From a virus (taxonomy: Duplodnaviria; Caudoviricetes), in IMG/VR virus record IMGVR_UViG_3300037195_001552, positions 697-64,696 of that record: a stretch of DNA of 64,000 nucleotides. One strand, written 5' to 3'. Each line of letters starts with the position of its first letter. Positions within the stretch are counted from its first letter, which is position 1. Below are positions 26,990-36,065 of this stretch, piece after piece. The notes under the pieces were generated by a model. It did not search any database. It was not told the origin of the DNA and was given only the letters and a program-made list of their open reading frames with translations. The translations under genes were made by a program, and so were the position numbers.

Positions 26990-27609
26990 TGGCGAAGAAG
27001 AAAGAGAAGATGACTGTAGCGGTCTTGTTGGATCGCTCAGGAAGCATGGAGGAGTGCCGGGACACCACGATTGATGCCTACAACGAGTATATCAAGGGGC
27101 TTACTTCGGCAAAGGCCCTTACCGTTTCGGTTTCCCTTACGCTGTTTGACAGCGAGGGCATCGATCTCCTGTATGGCGACACACCTGTCAAAAAGGTGCC
27201 CAAGCTGGATCGGGAGGCGTTTGTGCCTCGGGCACTTACCCCGTTGTATGACGCCATTGGCAAAACCATCCACGGGATGAAAAAGAGCAAGGGCAAGATA
27301 ACCTTTGTTATTTTGACCGACGGCATGGAAAACGCCAGCAAGGAGTACAATCGGGAGGCCGTGAGAAAACTGCTGCTGGCACGGCAGGAGGAAGACGGCT
27401 GGTTGGTGGTCTACCTAGGCGCAAACCAGGACGGTTGGGGTGAGGGCATGGGCCTTGGTGTAAGGTCAGGCAACGCCATGACCTACGGCACCGGCAACGT
27501 CAAGGAATCGTTTGCCATGGTTGGCCGTGTGTCGGCATCCTATGGTAAAAGCGGCCTCACGCACAACACTAACTTTACTGACGACGAACGCACGAGGGCG
27601 GTGAAATGA
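26989..27609 (+). CDS. von Willebrand factor A domain protein
   Basis: MIDAS motif DRSGSM, TPLYDAIG, ILTDGMEN. Confidence 0.9.
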   Translation: MAKKKEKMTVAVLLDRSGSMEECRDTTIDAYNEYIKGLTSAKALTVSVSLTLFDSEGIDLLYGDTPVKKVPKLDREAFVPRALTPLYDAIGKTIHGMKKSKGKITFVILTDGMENASKEYNREAVRKLLLARQEEDGWLVVYLGANQDGWGEGMGLGVRSGNAMTYGTGNVKESFAMVGRVSASYGKSGLTHNTNFTDDERTRAVK

Positions 27610-27920
27610 ATCGGCGCGAGCTAATCATAAACCTGCTCACCCTTCCGGCCGCTCTGGCCGGGGGGCTCGCAGTCGGCGCGGCGGTGAAAGCTGCCCGCCG
27701 TTCGTCGGATAAGTTGCAGGAGGTTTTCAGCGAGGTTTCAATCGGCTCTTGCTGCTATCAAGTCACAGGGCGAAGCCCTGATGGCAAATGGGTTACGAAG
27801 ATGGTTCCGATCACGGGGACCGAACCCGTGGATCAAGCATTCGTCTTTGGTTACACCGGGCTAACGGAAATTCGCCGTATTGTCCAAGTGCCGAAGAGCT
27901 GGACCCATGGCAACTCGTAA
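27606..27920 (+). CDS. hypothetical protein with N-terminal hydrophobic/Tat-like segment
   Basis: MNRRELIINLL...; coupled to the vWA gene. Confidence 0.5.
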   Translation: MNRRELIINLLTLPAALAGGLAVGAAVKAARRSSDKLQEVFSEVSIGSCCYQVTGRSPDGKWVTKMVPITGTEPVDQAFVFGYTGLTEIRRIVQVPKSWTHGNS

Positions 27921-28044
27921 AGTCGCAACGATCAAGCCACCGAGCCAACGGCATCGCTCCACGTCCATTGGGCGTGGAGCGAATAGCCGCCCGGCGAACA
28001 AACACAAGCGCCGGTCCTGGAAACGCTATCGGGGGCAGGGTTAG
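27907..28044 (+). CDS. small Arg/Lys-rich protein (45 aa)
   Basis: Not in the ORF track. MATRKVATIKPPSQRHRSTSIGRGANSRPANKHKRRSWKRYRGQG*; the NKHKRR..K.YRGQG ending recurs in marine phages. Confidence 0.6.
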   Translation: MATRKVATIKPPSQRHRSTSIGRGANSRPANKHKRRSWKRYRGQG

Positions 28045-29060
28045 ATCCAAGGAGGAATGCCGTGCTGCGGCTGTTGGGGCTGTTGGAGAGGATCAGGAGA
28101 ATGTGGTGTCCATCCAGGATATCCCGGTCCTGTCGGCTGCGGAGGCAAATTCGGGGGCTGGGGGCCAACTCCCGGAGGTCGAGGTGTTACGCCGGGGAGA
28201 AGGCCGGGATTGATCGGAGCGGGGGCCCAGTCGGGAGGGAAAACCAGACCTGGATGATGCGGAGGTTGCGGCATTATACCCGCGTTGATCTGATTCTGTT
28301 GATTCTGCAATGTATTCGAGTTGCCGCCACCATTGTTGGTCATGGTGGACAACATAGCCAGAGGGCCGGTCCCTGCGGCGTAGGTGTTCCCAGAACTCTG
28401 AATATCCCCAGGTCCTTCAGACATCCAATAACTTCCATCAGGCAATGAATTAAAGGCACCGCCCGGTTGATTGTTGCCAGGGAAGGGCGGCATGGGAGTC
28501 GCGCTGTTGCTAGCGGCGGCGTTCGGGACACTGCCTGGGAGATTGTTGTATGGATCAAAGGGGCCGCTTATAGGTTCACCTGTTGCAGAGAAACTATTGC
28601 CCGAACTGGGAATATCATTAGGACTTTCTGGTACCCAATAGTCTCCGGTAGGGAGGGGCAGGGCTCCTTCCACCGTGGTCCAATGTGCGTCAACAGGAAT
28701 AGGCTCGTTAAAGGTATTTCCTGAACTGGGTATATCATTGGGACTAGTTGGCAACCACCACTGACCATCGTCTAAAGGCTGGGCTTCTGGGAGATGATAT
28801 CCAGGATCGAACGCCAGGTGTTCTTCAGATGCAGATGGGGGCGAGGTGCCGTAAACGTTCGGGATTGTATCGTCATAGGTTGGAAGATCAAACGAAGTGG
28901 AAGTAGATGCGGGTGTGGAAGGGGGAGGAGGACTATAGGTAGAAATTAGATCATCATATGTTGGAAAATTAAATGAATAAGAGGGGCCGGTAGGAGCAAC
29001 AGGAGCCGGAGAGCCATAGAAATGACTCATTGCACCCGCATAGGTAGGAAGATTTAACAT
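28041..29060 (-). CDS. Pro/Gly/Ser-rich low-complexity repeat protein
   Basis: 339-aa open frame with no Lys; repeats of PTYDD and W...[SG]PxDIxSSGN[TS][FY] (three copies). Confidence 0.65.
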   Translation of the reverse strand: MLNLPTYAGAMSHFYGSPAPVAPTGPSYSFNFPTYDDLISTYSPPPPSTPASTSTSFDLPTYDDTIPNVYGTSPPSASEEHLAFDPGYHLPEAQPLDDGQWWLPTSPNDIPSSGNTFNEPIPVDAHWTTVEGALPLPTGDYWVPESPNDIPSSGNSFSATGEPISGPFDPYNNLPGSVPNAAASNSATPMPPFPGNNQPGGAFNSLPDGSYWMSEGPGDIQSSGNTYAAGTGPLAMLSTMTNNGGGNSNTLQNQQNQINAGIMPQPPHHPGLVFPPDWAPAPINPGLLPGVTPRPPGVGPQPPNLPPQPTGPGYPGWTPHSPDPLQQPQQPQHGIPPWI

Positions 29061-29069
29061 TAGGCTAGG

Positions 29070-29354
29070 TTAGCTAGATTTGTTGTCTTTTGCAAGGTTC
29101 CGTCGCCGCCATTTTTCTTCATCCTTAAGCTCGGCAATATCACTACGGATCCAATCAATGGTCGTTTCAAATTGTTGAGCTTCAACACTGATTTCATCCA
29201 ATCGTTTCCATTGTACAGCGACTTGTTTGGCTAGCTTTTCGATCTTTTCAGTGTTGGCCTTCAATCCATATTTTACAGTAAACCATGCTCCTGCCACGGT
29301 GACTAACACACCACCGATAGTAATCAGTGTTCGCAAGATATTCAAGTCATCCAT
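29070..29354 (-). CDS. single-TM coiled-coil protein
   Basis: MDDLNILRTLITIGGVLVTVAGAWFTVKYGL followed by a coiled coil. Confidence 0.65.
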   Translation of the reverse strand: MDDLNILRTLITIGGVLVTVAGAWFTVKYGLKANTEKIEKLAKQVAVQWKRLDEISVEAQQFETTIDWIRSDIAELKDEEKWRRRNLAKDNKSS

Positions 29355-29580
29355 GGCCGAATCATAGCGGTGGCTGGCCCGTGGGGCAAGTCGCCGTTGG
29401 GGGCGCATTACGGGCCACGGGTGGCTGTCTTGCGGTTGTGGGGCCAATAGCGCCAATCTGAGGGGTAATCCCTGCCCAGGTTAGCCGCTTAGTAGGGGGA
29501 GCTAGGCTTTTTGGGGTAAGGGTGCCGGGGGGCAAGCTGAGTGCTGTACGGGCAATCGAGGGCAATCGAGGGGTAAAGAT

Positions 29581-29626
29581 AAAAAACAGGCAAAATAATA
29601 GCCCCAGACCGAAGGCTGGGACTATT
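29581..29626 (-). terminator. intrinsic terminator of the leftward early transcript
   Basis: Stem AATAG-CCCAG/CTGGG-CTATT with A-tracts on the plus side (U-tail on the minus strand), just after the 29634 ORF. Confidence 0.55.
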
Positions 29627-29633
29627 AGATAGG

Positions 29634-30149
29634 TTAACTGTGGCAGTCAACCACAGATACCCAGTAATGATCCGGTATGGTGGGGATGATGGAATCGACA
29701 TGGTTGACCCAGTCATTTATCTCCCTAGTGAAGTCCTGCTCCCGCCATTCTTCGTCCAAAAGAATGGCGTATGGACACAGATCCTTTTCCCATATTGTCT
29801 TTAACTGTCCCACCTGCATTTGATCGCTGCCATGAGACTGCCAGGACGTCGGCCATAGGGTTTTGGTTCCGGTCCCATTGCATCCGTTGCAGGGGCCGTC
29901 AACAAACTTGTCCTTGCGAATGCCCGTGCTGTTGCACAACTCGCAAGGGGCCTGATGTTTGGGATCCTTGTTGGGGTCGTACTCTTTATCCAGCACCCCG
30001 GTCCACCGACCGCCGAGTTGATACCAGTCCCATTTGGGAGCTTTGCAGTTGGGGGCGCACTCATTGAAAGGGGCGAGTGCCCGCTCCAACTCGTTACCCT
30101 GATCATCGGGTTCGCCAGGGGTGATAACATAGACGAGATAGTGTCCCAT
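29634..30149 (-). CDS. hypothetical protein with DnaJ-type CxxCxGxG zinc motifs
   Basis: KWDWYQLGGRW; PCELCNSTG and PCNGCNGTG. Confidence 0.7.
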   Translation of the reverse strand: MGHYLVYVITPGEPDDQGNELERALAPFNECAPNCKAPKWDWYQLGGRWTGVLDKEYDPNKDPKHQAPCELCNSTGIRKDKFVDGPCNGCNGTGTKTLWPTSWQSHGSDQMQVGQLKTIWEKDLCPYAILLDEEWREQDFTREINDWVNHVDSIIPTIPDHYWVSVVDCHS

Positions 30150-30232
30150 GATTCTTCCTTTCTTCTTTCTAAAAGGACCCCCGCCCGGAGGCGAGGGTCA
30201 AGTTCAGGGAGGTGCCTAGCCCGCGAGGGGAA

Positions 30233-31261
30233 CTAGGCGACCTCAGCGTACTCCATGGCGTACTCCAGGGCCAGCTCCTTACGGCGAGCGCCGCCGCCAA
30301 ACCATGTGGAGGCCAGGATGTTGGTGCTATCCTGGTAGCTGATCCGCATGTGATCCTCGAAGTAAGTCACACCGTTGAAGGCTCCCCACCACGTACCCCG
30401 AGAACCTTTGAGGTCCGCGCCGGGGGCCATCTGGATGGCCTCCAACACCGACTCGCTGCTGGGGGTGAGGTTGTCCACCAACTGCTCGTTGGCGGCAAGT
30501 TCCTTCTTGGGCTGGTAGACACGGGCGACGAACTCCATAATGTCGTCGGCCGTGGCCTTTTTCTTGGACAAGTGCTGCGCCATCTCCTTAAAGGTGGCGA
30601 GCTGGTCACCGGCCAACCCGAGGGCTTGCTCTGCGGCCCGTTGCACGTCAGCGTCGAAGGCTCGTACGTGGGGCATCCTAAAGGCCGTGCCCTTTTTCTT
30701 GCCCGAGGCACCGATAGCCATGGTCAGGGTGTTGTTGCAGACCACCCGGATGGGGGTCAGCCTGACTTGGTTACCCTTGCCCCAGACGTGGGCCGAGTGA
30801 TACAGGAGGTAGCCCTTCATCTGATCGCCCTTGACAATGTCGAAGTCGTCGGCAAAGCGGGCCAGTACCCAGATTTCGGTGCCGCCCTTGAGGGAACCAC
30901 AGGTTTCCATGGTCATGGAGCCCGCCTTGCAAAACTTGTCAACGAACTCGAAGACTTCTTTGTTCTGCACGGGCACCCACTCGGGGCCGACGGGGCCAAA
31001 GACGTCGTCTACGGGATCGAACTTACCGTTACCGTGGTCGCGAATCAGCACTCCGTACTCGCTGTCCCGCTTGCCGCTGACCACGACGTTTTCGCCGTTG
31101 GGCAATTGGGTAAACATGGGCTGCCGGACGACTTCCCAATCCAGCCCGGCGGTTTTCATCCACTTGAGCGCGGGCATCCCCGGCTCCATCTCCGTGCCCA
31201 GACCGTGCCAGGGTTTTTCGGAGATCCACGCCATGTTGGCGTTTTCAATTTCATGCGACAT
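30233..31261 (-). CDS. DUF932 / LGT_TIGR03299-family protein
   Basis: PWHGLG, AGLDWEV, VQNKEVFEF, TPIRVVCNNTL, GTWWGAFNGVTYFEDH. Confidence 0.85.
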   Translation of the reverse strand: MSHEIENANMAWISEKPWHGLGTEMEPGMPALKWMKTAGLDWEVVRQPMFTQLPNGENVVVSGKRDSEYGVLIRDHGNGKFDPVDDVFGPVGPEWVPVQNKEVFEFVDKFCKAGSMTMETCGSLKGGTEIWVLARFADDFDIVKGDQMKGYLLYHSAHVWGKGNQVRLTPIRVVCNNTLTMAIGASGKKKGTAFRMPHVRAFDADVQRAAEQALGLAGDQLATFKEMAQHLSKKKATADDIMEFVARVYQPKKELAANEQLVDNLTPSSESVLEAIQMAPGADLKGSRGTWWGAFNGVTYFEDHMRISYQDSTNILASTWFGGGARRKELALEYAMEYAEVA

Positions 31262-31301
31262 GTTGTACCTTTCTGCTTTCTGTGGTGAACATTGTAGAAA
31301 T

Positions 31302-31335
31302 ATTGTACCATGCGTACCGGGGCGGAGGTATTGGA
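31302..31335 (-). promoter_or_regulatory. AATACC-class promoter 1
   Basis: Minus strand TCCAATACC-19 nt-TACAAT. Confidence 0.65.
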
Positions 31336-31364
31336 AAATGGCCCAAATCAGGAACTGTTTTCGT

Positions 31365-31562
31365 CTACTCCACAAATTCAAAGGCGTTGTCGGTAAGCTC
31401 CTGGGCGATAGCGATGGCCTCGTCATAGCCCTTGGCAGACATCATGCGGTTGACGCCCGCCTGGGCTTCATCCTTGGAAAGACCTATCTCCTTCATGTAC
31501 TTTTTCGTCTGGCCAATGATGAAGAACACATTGCCCTCCGGCCCGGATTTACTTATTCTCAT
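31365..31562 (-). CDS. small hypothetical protein
   Basis: GPEGNVFFIIG...MMSAKGYDEA, a recurrent small phage protein pattern. Confidence 0.6.
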   Translation of the reverse strand: MRISKSGPEGNVFFIIGQTKKYMKEIGLSKDEAQAGVNRMMSAKGYDEAIAIAQELTDNAFEFVE

Positions 31563-31613
31563 TGCGTTTCCTCCATTGAGCTCAGCGCCAGTTGAGGCCG
31601 AGCTAGGGTCCAG

Positions 31614-31871
31614 TCAATGTTGTGTCTCCTTATGATAGGTGAGGTATTCCATCGCCTTGTGATACATGGTGAGCAACATGCCGTTGAGAAAAGCAAACTG
31701 CTCGTTGAGCTGGGTATGGGCGGGGGAGGTATCGATCACAATGTCCGTGATATAGATAAACATCCCCTCCATGGCCATGTGGGTCTCGTTCAGATCTATT
31801 AACTCGGCGAACACGGGATCCAAGGCCTCCTGGATTTTGGTGTGGATTTGCTCCCGTCGGATTTCATCCAT
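31614..31871 (-). CDS. hypothetical protein
   Basis: MDEIRREQIH...; overlaps the stop of the DUF2786 gene. Confidence 0.5.
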   Translation of the reverse strand: MDEIRREQIHTKIQEALDPVFAELIDLNETHMAMEGMFIYITDIVIDTSPAHTQLNEQFAFLNGMLLTMYHKAMEYLTYHKETQH

Positions 31872-32586
31872 TGCCGATGGCCCGTTGACTATTGCGGGCA
31901 ACTTGGGTGTCCAGGCCCACTTTGTCCCCGGCATCACGGCCATCCAAATAACCGGCCATATTCCCTGTCCGAGTCTTGCGGGCCGTGGCGGTTTTTGTCG
32001 GGCCAAAGGTGTCCTTAGAATACCGCGCCACGGCCTGTGACATGGTCTCGTAGAGCGCTGGGAGGTTGCCGGGGTTGGAGGAAGAAGGCGTTTGCTGCGC
32101 TTGCATTCGCTCCCGTAACCGGGTGGACACACGCGCCGCGCATCCCTTGCGGAAAGCGCCATCATAGGTGTTGTCCTTGAACCCGCAGTTCTCCAAGGTT
32201 GCGGCGCGAGCCAGCTTGATAACCGTGGTTGTGAGGTACTCGGCCATGAGGCAGGTCGCAGCGGAGTTGGCCGCTGTACCGATGATATAGTGGTACGTCC
32301 CGTGGCCTTGGGTGGAGTACATGTAGTCACAGAAGTTGAGCTTGGCCGTCGCTTGCCAAAGGTGTCGTACCCACGGCGACTTGTGCTTGGTGGTCGCATT
32401 GGCGTGGCCGATGGGATCCGTGGTGGGGGCACCCGTATCAGGATCCGGCACCTGGGCGATGGTGAGGTTATGCTTGGTAAGCAGGTCGTTAGCCCGCTCG
32501 GCGGCAAGCGCTGCCTCATGCTCGTTGGAACTGGTCGCCAAGGCCAGGAGCTTCTGGACTTTGGCGATAACTTGCTCGTGCGTCAT
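31864..32586 (-). CDS. DUF2786-domain protein
   Basis: VIAKVQKLLALATSSNEHEAALAAERANDLLTKHNL. Confidence 0.85.
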   Translation of the reverse strand: MTHEQVIAKVQKLLALATSSNEHEAALAAERANDLLTKHNLTIAQVPDPDTGAPTTDPIGHANATTKHKSPWVRHLWQATAKLNFCDYMYSTQGHGTYHYIIGTAANSAATCLMAEYLTTTVIKLARAATLENCGFKDNTYDGAFRKGCAARVSTRLRERMQAQQTPSSSNPGNLPALYETMSQAVARYSKDTFGPTKTATARKTRTGNMAGYLDGRDAGDKVGLDTQVARNSQRAIGNG

Positions 32587-32618
32587 GGCTTTCTCCTTTC
32601 TGCTGCATACCATGTAAC

Positions 32619-32653
32619 AGTATGGCATAGGCGGGGCGGCGGAGGTATTGGAT
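32619..32653 (-). promoter_or_regulatory. AATACC-class promoter 2
   Basis: Minus strand ATCCAATACC-19 nt-CATACT. Confidence 0.65.
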
Positions 32654-32811
32654 TTATTTGTTGGTTTTCAGGAATCGCATGACCAACATTTTGATGAGCT
32701 GATGTTTGGTAGGACGGATACCCGTTTTGCGTTCCATCAGGTTTTGCGCTCGCTCGACCATGTCCAAAGTCGGCTTGAGCACAGCGATACTGGTTCGTGG
32801 AATTTGTGCCA

Positions 32812-33114
32812 TTATTTCCATTCCTTCAGTGAGAGGTTTGATGTGGACTCGATGTGGAGCCCGAGACGTTTACGACCGACTTCGGTCGTGAACTTTCGGT
32901 TAGCGGCTTCAACGGCTGATCGTAATGGAGTAAGGAGGCTGGTCCAAACAGCCTTGACTTTATTATGACGTTCCCATGCGGCTTCCATCGTAGCTGGGAT
33001 GGAAAATGGATTGTCGCCCAACTTGGGAGCGTTGGCGACAGCTTGCTCCTGATCGGCGCGTATGGCGTCCATATCGCGCCACTTTTCGTTGAGATCGGCT
33101 TGGGGGTCCTTCAT
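32812..33114 (-). CDS. hypothetical protein
   Basis: GGAGG RBS before MKDPQAD. Confidence 0.5.
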   Translation of the reverse strand: MKDPQADLNEKWRDMDAIRADQEQAVANAPKLGDNPFSIPATMEAAWERHNKVKAVWTSLLTPLRSAVEAANRKFTTEVGRKRLGLHIESTSNLSLKEWK

Positions 33115-33145
33115 GTGTTGTCGCCTCCGACTAGGATGGTGAGAG

Positions 33146-33364
33146 TTATCGGTTGAGGGCCTCCTCTTCAAGAGTGTCCCATTCACGGGCGGTGATGCGG
33201 TCGTATATAGATGCGGGACAGGAATGGCCGCTGAGGAAGCAGAGCTCAAAGTCCTCGGCATATGGATAATTAATGCCGACATCTGGCTCTGCCGGGGCGA
33301 TACCGGCGGTAACCTCCACGGGGAGACCACCGAGTATCGTTGTTTGGAAGGTGACCTGGGTCAT
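33146..33364 (-). CDS. hypothetical protein
   Basis: MTQVTFQTTILGGLPVEV...PAEPDVGI; coupled ORF. Confidence 0.55.
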   Translation of the reverse strand: MTQVTFQTTILGGLPVEVTAGIAPAEPDVGINYPYAEDFELCFLSGHSCPASIYDRITAREWDTLEEEALNR

Positions 33365-33597
33365 TTGATGGCCACCGTTTCGTCGTATGGGGTGCGGGTG
33401 ATGGTGACCGGGCGACCATTGTCCGGGGTGGCGTGGCGGACCATGTATTCCTTGACACCCTTGCCCCTGTCGTGAAGGGTATCCTTGTGGACAAGGTGGG
33501 TGTCGTTCCAATCAGGGTTGAGGGCCTGGAATTGCTCCCAAAAGTCAGCGGCACCCTCGGCGGACGTAAAATCAAAGCAAATACGGTGAATTGTCAT
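33361..33597 (-). CDS. hypothetical protein
   Basis: AAAGGGAGAGG RBS; coupled to the next gene. Confidence 0.55.
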   Translation of the reverse strand: MTIHRICFDFTSAEGAADFWEQFQALNPDWNDTHLVHKDTLHDRGKGVKEYMVRHATPDNGRPVTITRTPYDETVAIK

Positions 33598-33703
33598 AAG
33601 TTTTAAGGCCCGTAGGGCCTCTCCCTTTGCTGGGGGTAGGTAGGTGCCGCCCGCACGGGCTCTTGTGCCTTAGCGGGCGGCTGGGGCGGTCGGGCACGGG
33701 CGA

Positions 33704-34039
33704 TTACGCCCGGTTTAGCAGCGGCAAAAGTTTCTTGCAGAGCCGGTGCTCGGGGTTTTGCTGGTAAGCGAGGAAAAACAAGTCCTGGAGGTCCTGCTTA
33801 TCAAAGCCCCCGTTAAGACCCTGGCCGCGCTTGTGGTGATGCAGGTAACCGCGGAGCGCCCATTTGACCGTCTCGGGGACATTACCGGCTTCTCGCCACT
33901 GGCCAAGGGACTGGGAGCCATTGGCGTAGCCCATAGCTTCAATCGCCTGGGTCGGGGGGATGGCCAGAGTCTCCTGAATGTTTATGAGAATTTGCTCCAC
34001 CTCGCTAAAGGGGACCTTTTTGTACTGACGTGTGACCAT
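33704..34039 (-). CDS. putative HTH DNA-binding protein
   Basis: AIEAMGY...SLGQWREAGNVPETVKWALRG; AGAAAGG RBS. Confidence 0.55.
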   Translation of the reverse strand: MVTRQYKKVPFSEVEQILINIQETLAIPPTQAIEAMGYANGSQSLGQWREAGNVPETVKWALRGYLHHHKRGQGLNGGFDKQDLQDLFFLAYQQNPEHRLCKKLLPLLNRA

Positions 34040-34069
34040 TAGGGTTATCCTTTCTGTAATGGTGCTTAT

Positions 34070-34104
34070 AGTATGGCATACCATGGGGCTAGGAGGTATT
34101 GGAT
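34070..34104 (-). promoter_or_regulatory. AATACC-class promoter 3
   Basis: Minus strand ATCCAATACC-19 nt-CATACT. Confidence 0.65.
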
Positions 34105-34433
34105 AATTTGGCTGCTTTCCGTCGGGCGCGGGCCTCCTGTCGGCGTCGGTTGCGCTCTGCTTTGAGTTCGTCTGGGGTGGCGTCTACGGGGAGAGGAATA
34201 CGATGGGAGCGCGTGATAGGTTTGGTCGGAGGCGGTGGCTGGCGGTTGGGGTCTGGTGGAGGCTCGGTGGGGCGACGTGGTGGATCGATGATGGAGCCGT
34301 AGAGGGTGGAATAATCCATCAGGAGGTTGGCCAAGGTGGTGCGAGGAAGAGAGACCGTGCGGCTGTGGGAATCGGCCAGGGTGTGAAGTTTGCTGAATTC
34401 AGTGTCGGTGAGGTGGAGTTTAGGCTGGGTCAT
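34089..34433 (-). CDS. hypothetical protein, Pro-rich with basic C-terminus
   Basis: ORF track; part of a coupled chain of ORFs. Confidence 0.5.
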   Translation of the reverse strand: MTQPKLHLTDTEFSKLHTLADSHSRTVSLPRTTLANLLMDYSTLYGSIIDPPRRPTEPPPDPNRQPPPPTKPITRSHRIPLPVDATPDELKAERNRRRQEARARRKAAKLSNTS

Positions 34434-34596
34434 ACCGAGCTTTCAGACGCTGTTCAATCTGGGCTCGCTCATAAGCGAGTTGCCGCTGGGTAAGGCCGGT
34501 CATGATAGGGCGGCGGGTGCGCTTGTCAAAGATGGCCCAACTGTAGGCATCGTCGCCTTCGTACTTGCGGGCGGTCGTGTGTTTGTATTTAGTCAT
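34420..34596 (-). CDS. small hypothetical protein
   Basis: MTKYKHTTARKYEGDDAYSWAIFDK; coupled. Confidence 0.5.
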   Translation of the reverse strand: MTKYKHTTARKYEGDDAYSWAIFDKRTRRPIMTGLTQRQLAYERAQIEQRLKARYDPA

Positions 34597-34759
34597 AGGA
34601 CGATCCTGAACGGAGGGATGTTTGGATGGTGCCACAGTCAGGACACCTAAAGGTCAGTTGATCACGACCCTCAAAGTCCTCGGCGATGTTCTGTATGTCC
34701 ACGTCGGACTCGTCGAAGAACTCGGAACACTTGGTGCAGTAGACGTTGATGTGGGTCAT
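34589..34759 (-). CDS. small zinc-ribbon protein (56 aa)
   Basis: Not in the ORF track. MTHINVYCTKCSEFF...TFRCPDCGTIQTS...; AGGAG RBS. Confidence 0.55.
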   Translation of the reverse strand: MTHINVYCTKCSEFFDESDVDIQNIAEDFEGRDQLTFRCPDCGTIQTSLRSGSSYD

Positions 34760-34772
34760 TTGCCTAACTCCT

Positions 34773-35447
34773 CTAGAGTAGAGGCACCAGAGACATTTCC
34801 AAGTCCAGGAAGTTGGGCAAGCGATAGTAGGTGGCGGGCATGGAGCCCTCGCGGAGGCGGAGGTAGATGTAGTGGGTGTCGTAGTAGATATGAATGAAGT
34901 TGGGCAGTTCGGATTGGGAAGTTAGGGGCTGACAGAAATGGTAACACTCCTCCCAACCGTTGTCGCTGTCCACCGGGGGGTCTTGGGATGTGTCTTCGGT
35001 CCGGGGGTCGGGGTGGTGCTGATCAATGCGGAGGGTGGGGGATGGCAGAGCTTCCAGGATATTCCACATGGGAGCGAAGAAAACGGTGTTGTTGAGCTGG
35101 AGGTATATGTCGGTGACGGTTGTGCGACGCCAGGGCCGGGGCGGCGGGGGATCCATGAAAGCGAGGGCCAGATAATAGATGATGGTAATGGTAGGAAGAT
35201 CGTCGGAATACCAGTGAGCACAGGCATACTCATGATCGGCGGTGTAGTCCCCGCCTAGGACGGGGCAGTCAGGAATGCCGATAAGGCGGGCCAGATCCTC
35301 GTTGGAATAACCGAGAGTGGCGTGGGGCGGGCCAAGTTCGGGATGGTGGGCGTCCGTCCGCAGGTCCAAAGCAAGGGAGTAAGCGTAATCGTTGCACTTG
35401 CTGTCAGGGGTGTAGTCGGGGTTGCTGATGATCATACTATGCTCCAT
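34773..35447 (-). CDS. hypothetical protein
   Basis: 224-aa frame in the leftward block. Confidence 0.5.
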   Translation of the reverse strand: MEHSMIISNPDYTPDSKCNDYAYSLALDLRTDAHHPELGPPHATLGYSNEDLARLIGIPDCPVLGGDYTADHEYACAHWYSDDLPTITIIYYLALAFMDPPPPRPWRRTTVTDIYLQLNNTVFFAPMWNILEALPSPTLRIDQHHPDPRTEDTSQDPPVDSDNGWEECYHFCQPLTSQSELPNFIHIYYDTHYIYLRLREGSMPATYYRLPNFLDLEMSLVPLL

Positions 35448-35893
35448 AGTTCGGTGTGAGTGGTTGTGGGGACATAGAGCGTCATGTTGCCGTAGTCGTT
35501 GACGTGCAGGACCGGGGTTGGATGGTTGGGGGGGATTTCGGAAGTGTCGTTGACTTTGAGCAAGGTGCCGTCGTGTATGTCGTCACGGATTTGGTCATGG
35601 TCCGGCCAAAAGCCGAAGTCGGAACCATCGCCCACGTGTGCGCCGAAGTAAAGGTACGGCGGGGCATGGTCGTTGAGAATATCCGACATGGTGTTGATAA
35701 AGTCCTGTGCCTCTTCGGAATTCCACCAAGGGTCGTCGTCCGTGGCGGGCAGGATGGTGAATAAATGGGACAGGGCTTCATCGTAATCGCCGGTGTTAAT
35801 GGCGCAGATGGCGTCTCTGAAAGCTGGTATCAGATCCTGCGGACGCAGCGTGGCGTGGCTGATGGTGCCGATGGTGGGGCTATGAGTGGGCAT
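35432..35893 (-). CDS. hypothetical protein (paralog of 37645-38034)
   Basis: Shared PY.YFG.H..D...FGFWPD motif. Confidence 0.65.
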   Translation of the reverse strand: MPTHSPTIGTISHATLRPQDLIPAFRDAICAINTGDYDEALSHLFTILPATDDDPWWNSEEAQDFINTMSDILNDHAPPYLYFGAHVGDGSDFGFWPDHDQIRDDIHDGTLLKVNDTSEIPPNHPTPVLHVNDYGNMTLYVPTTTHTELWSIV

Positions 35894-36065
35894 GGCCGTC
35901 CTCCTCTATGCCGATGATCATATTGTGGTAGGGGATCATCGCGACTTGGGGCTCAAAGATGAGCGGAAAAACCGTGCGGCGAAAAGCGAGGAAACTGGGC
36001 GCTATGCGACGGTCACGGTCGTAAAGTTGGAGAAGAGTGGTGAGCTGTGCGCGGTTGAGTTTCAT
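35880..36065 (-). CDS. small hypothetical protein
   Basis: Ends GIEEDGHAHS; coupled. Confidence 0.55.
   Translation of the reverse strand: MKLNRAQLTTLLQLYDRDRRIAPSFLAFRRTVFPLIFEPQVAMIPYHNMIIGIEEDGHAHS

Noticed and set aside
27954-27982. Bidirectional terminator hairpin
   Set aside because: The 13-bp stem lies inside the small basic ORF 27907-28044 and has no U-tail on either strand.
30212-31288. 358-aa plus-strand ORF and other long antisense ORFs (e.g. 49094-50215, 31614-32519 frame extension, 37573-38106)
   Set aside because: Shadow frames of well-supported opposite-strand or other-frame genes; no RBS and no recognisable motifs.
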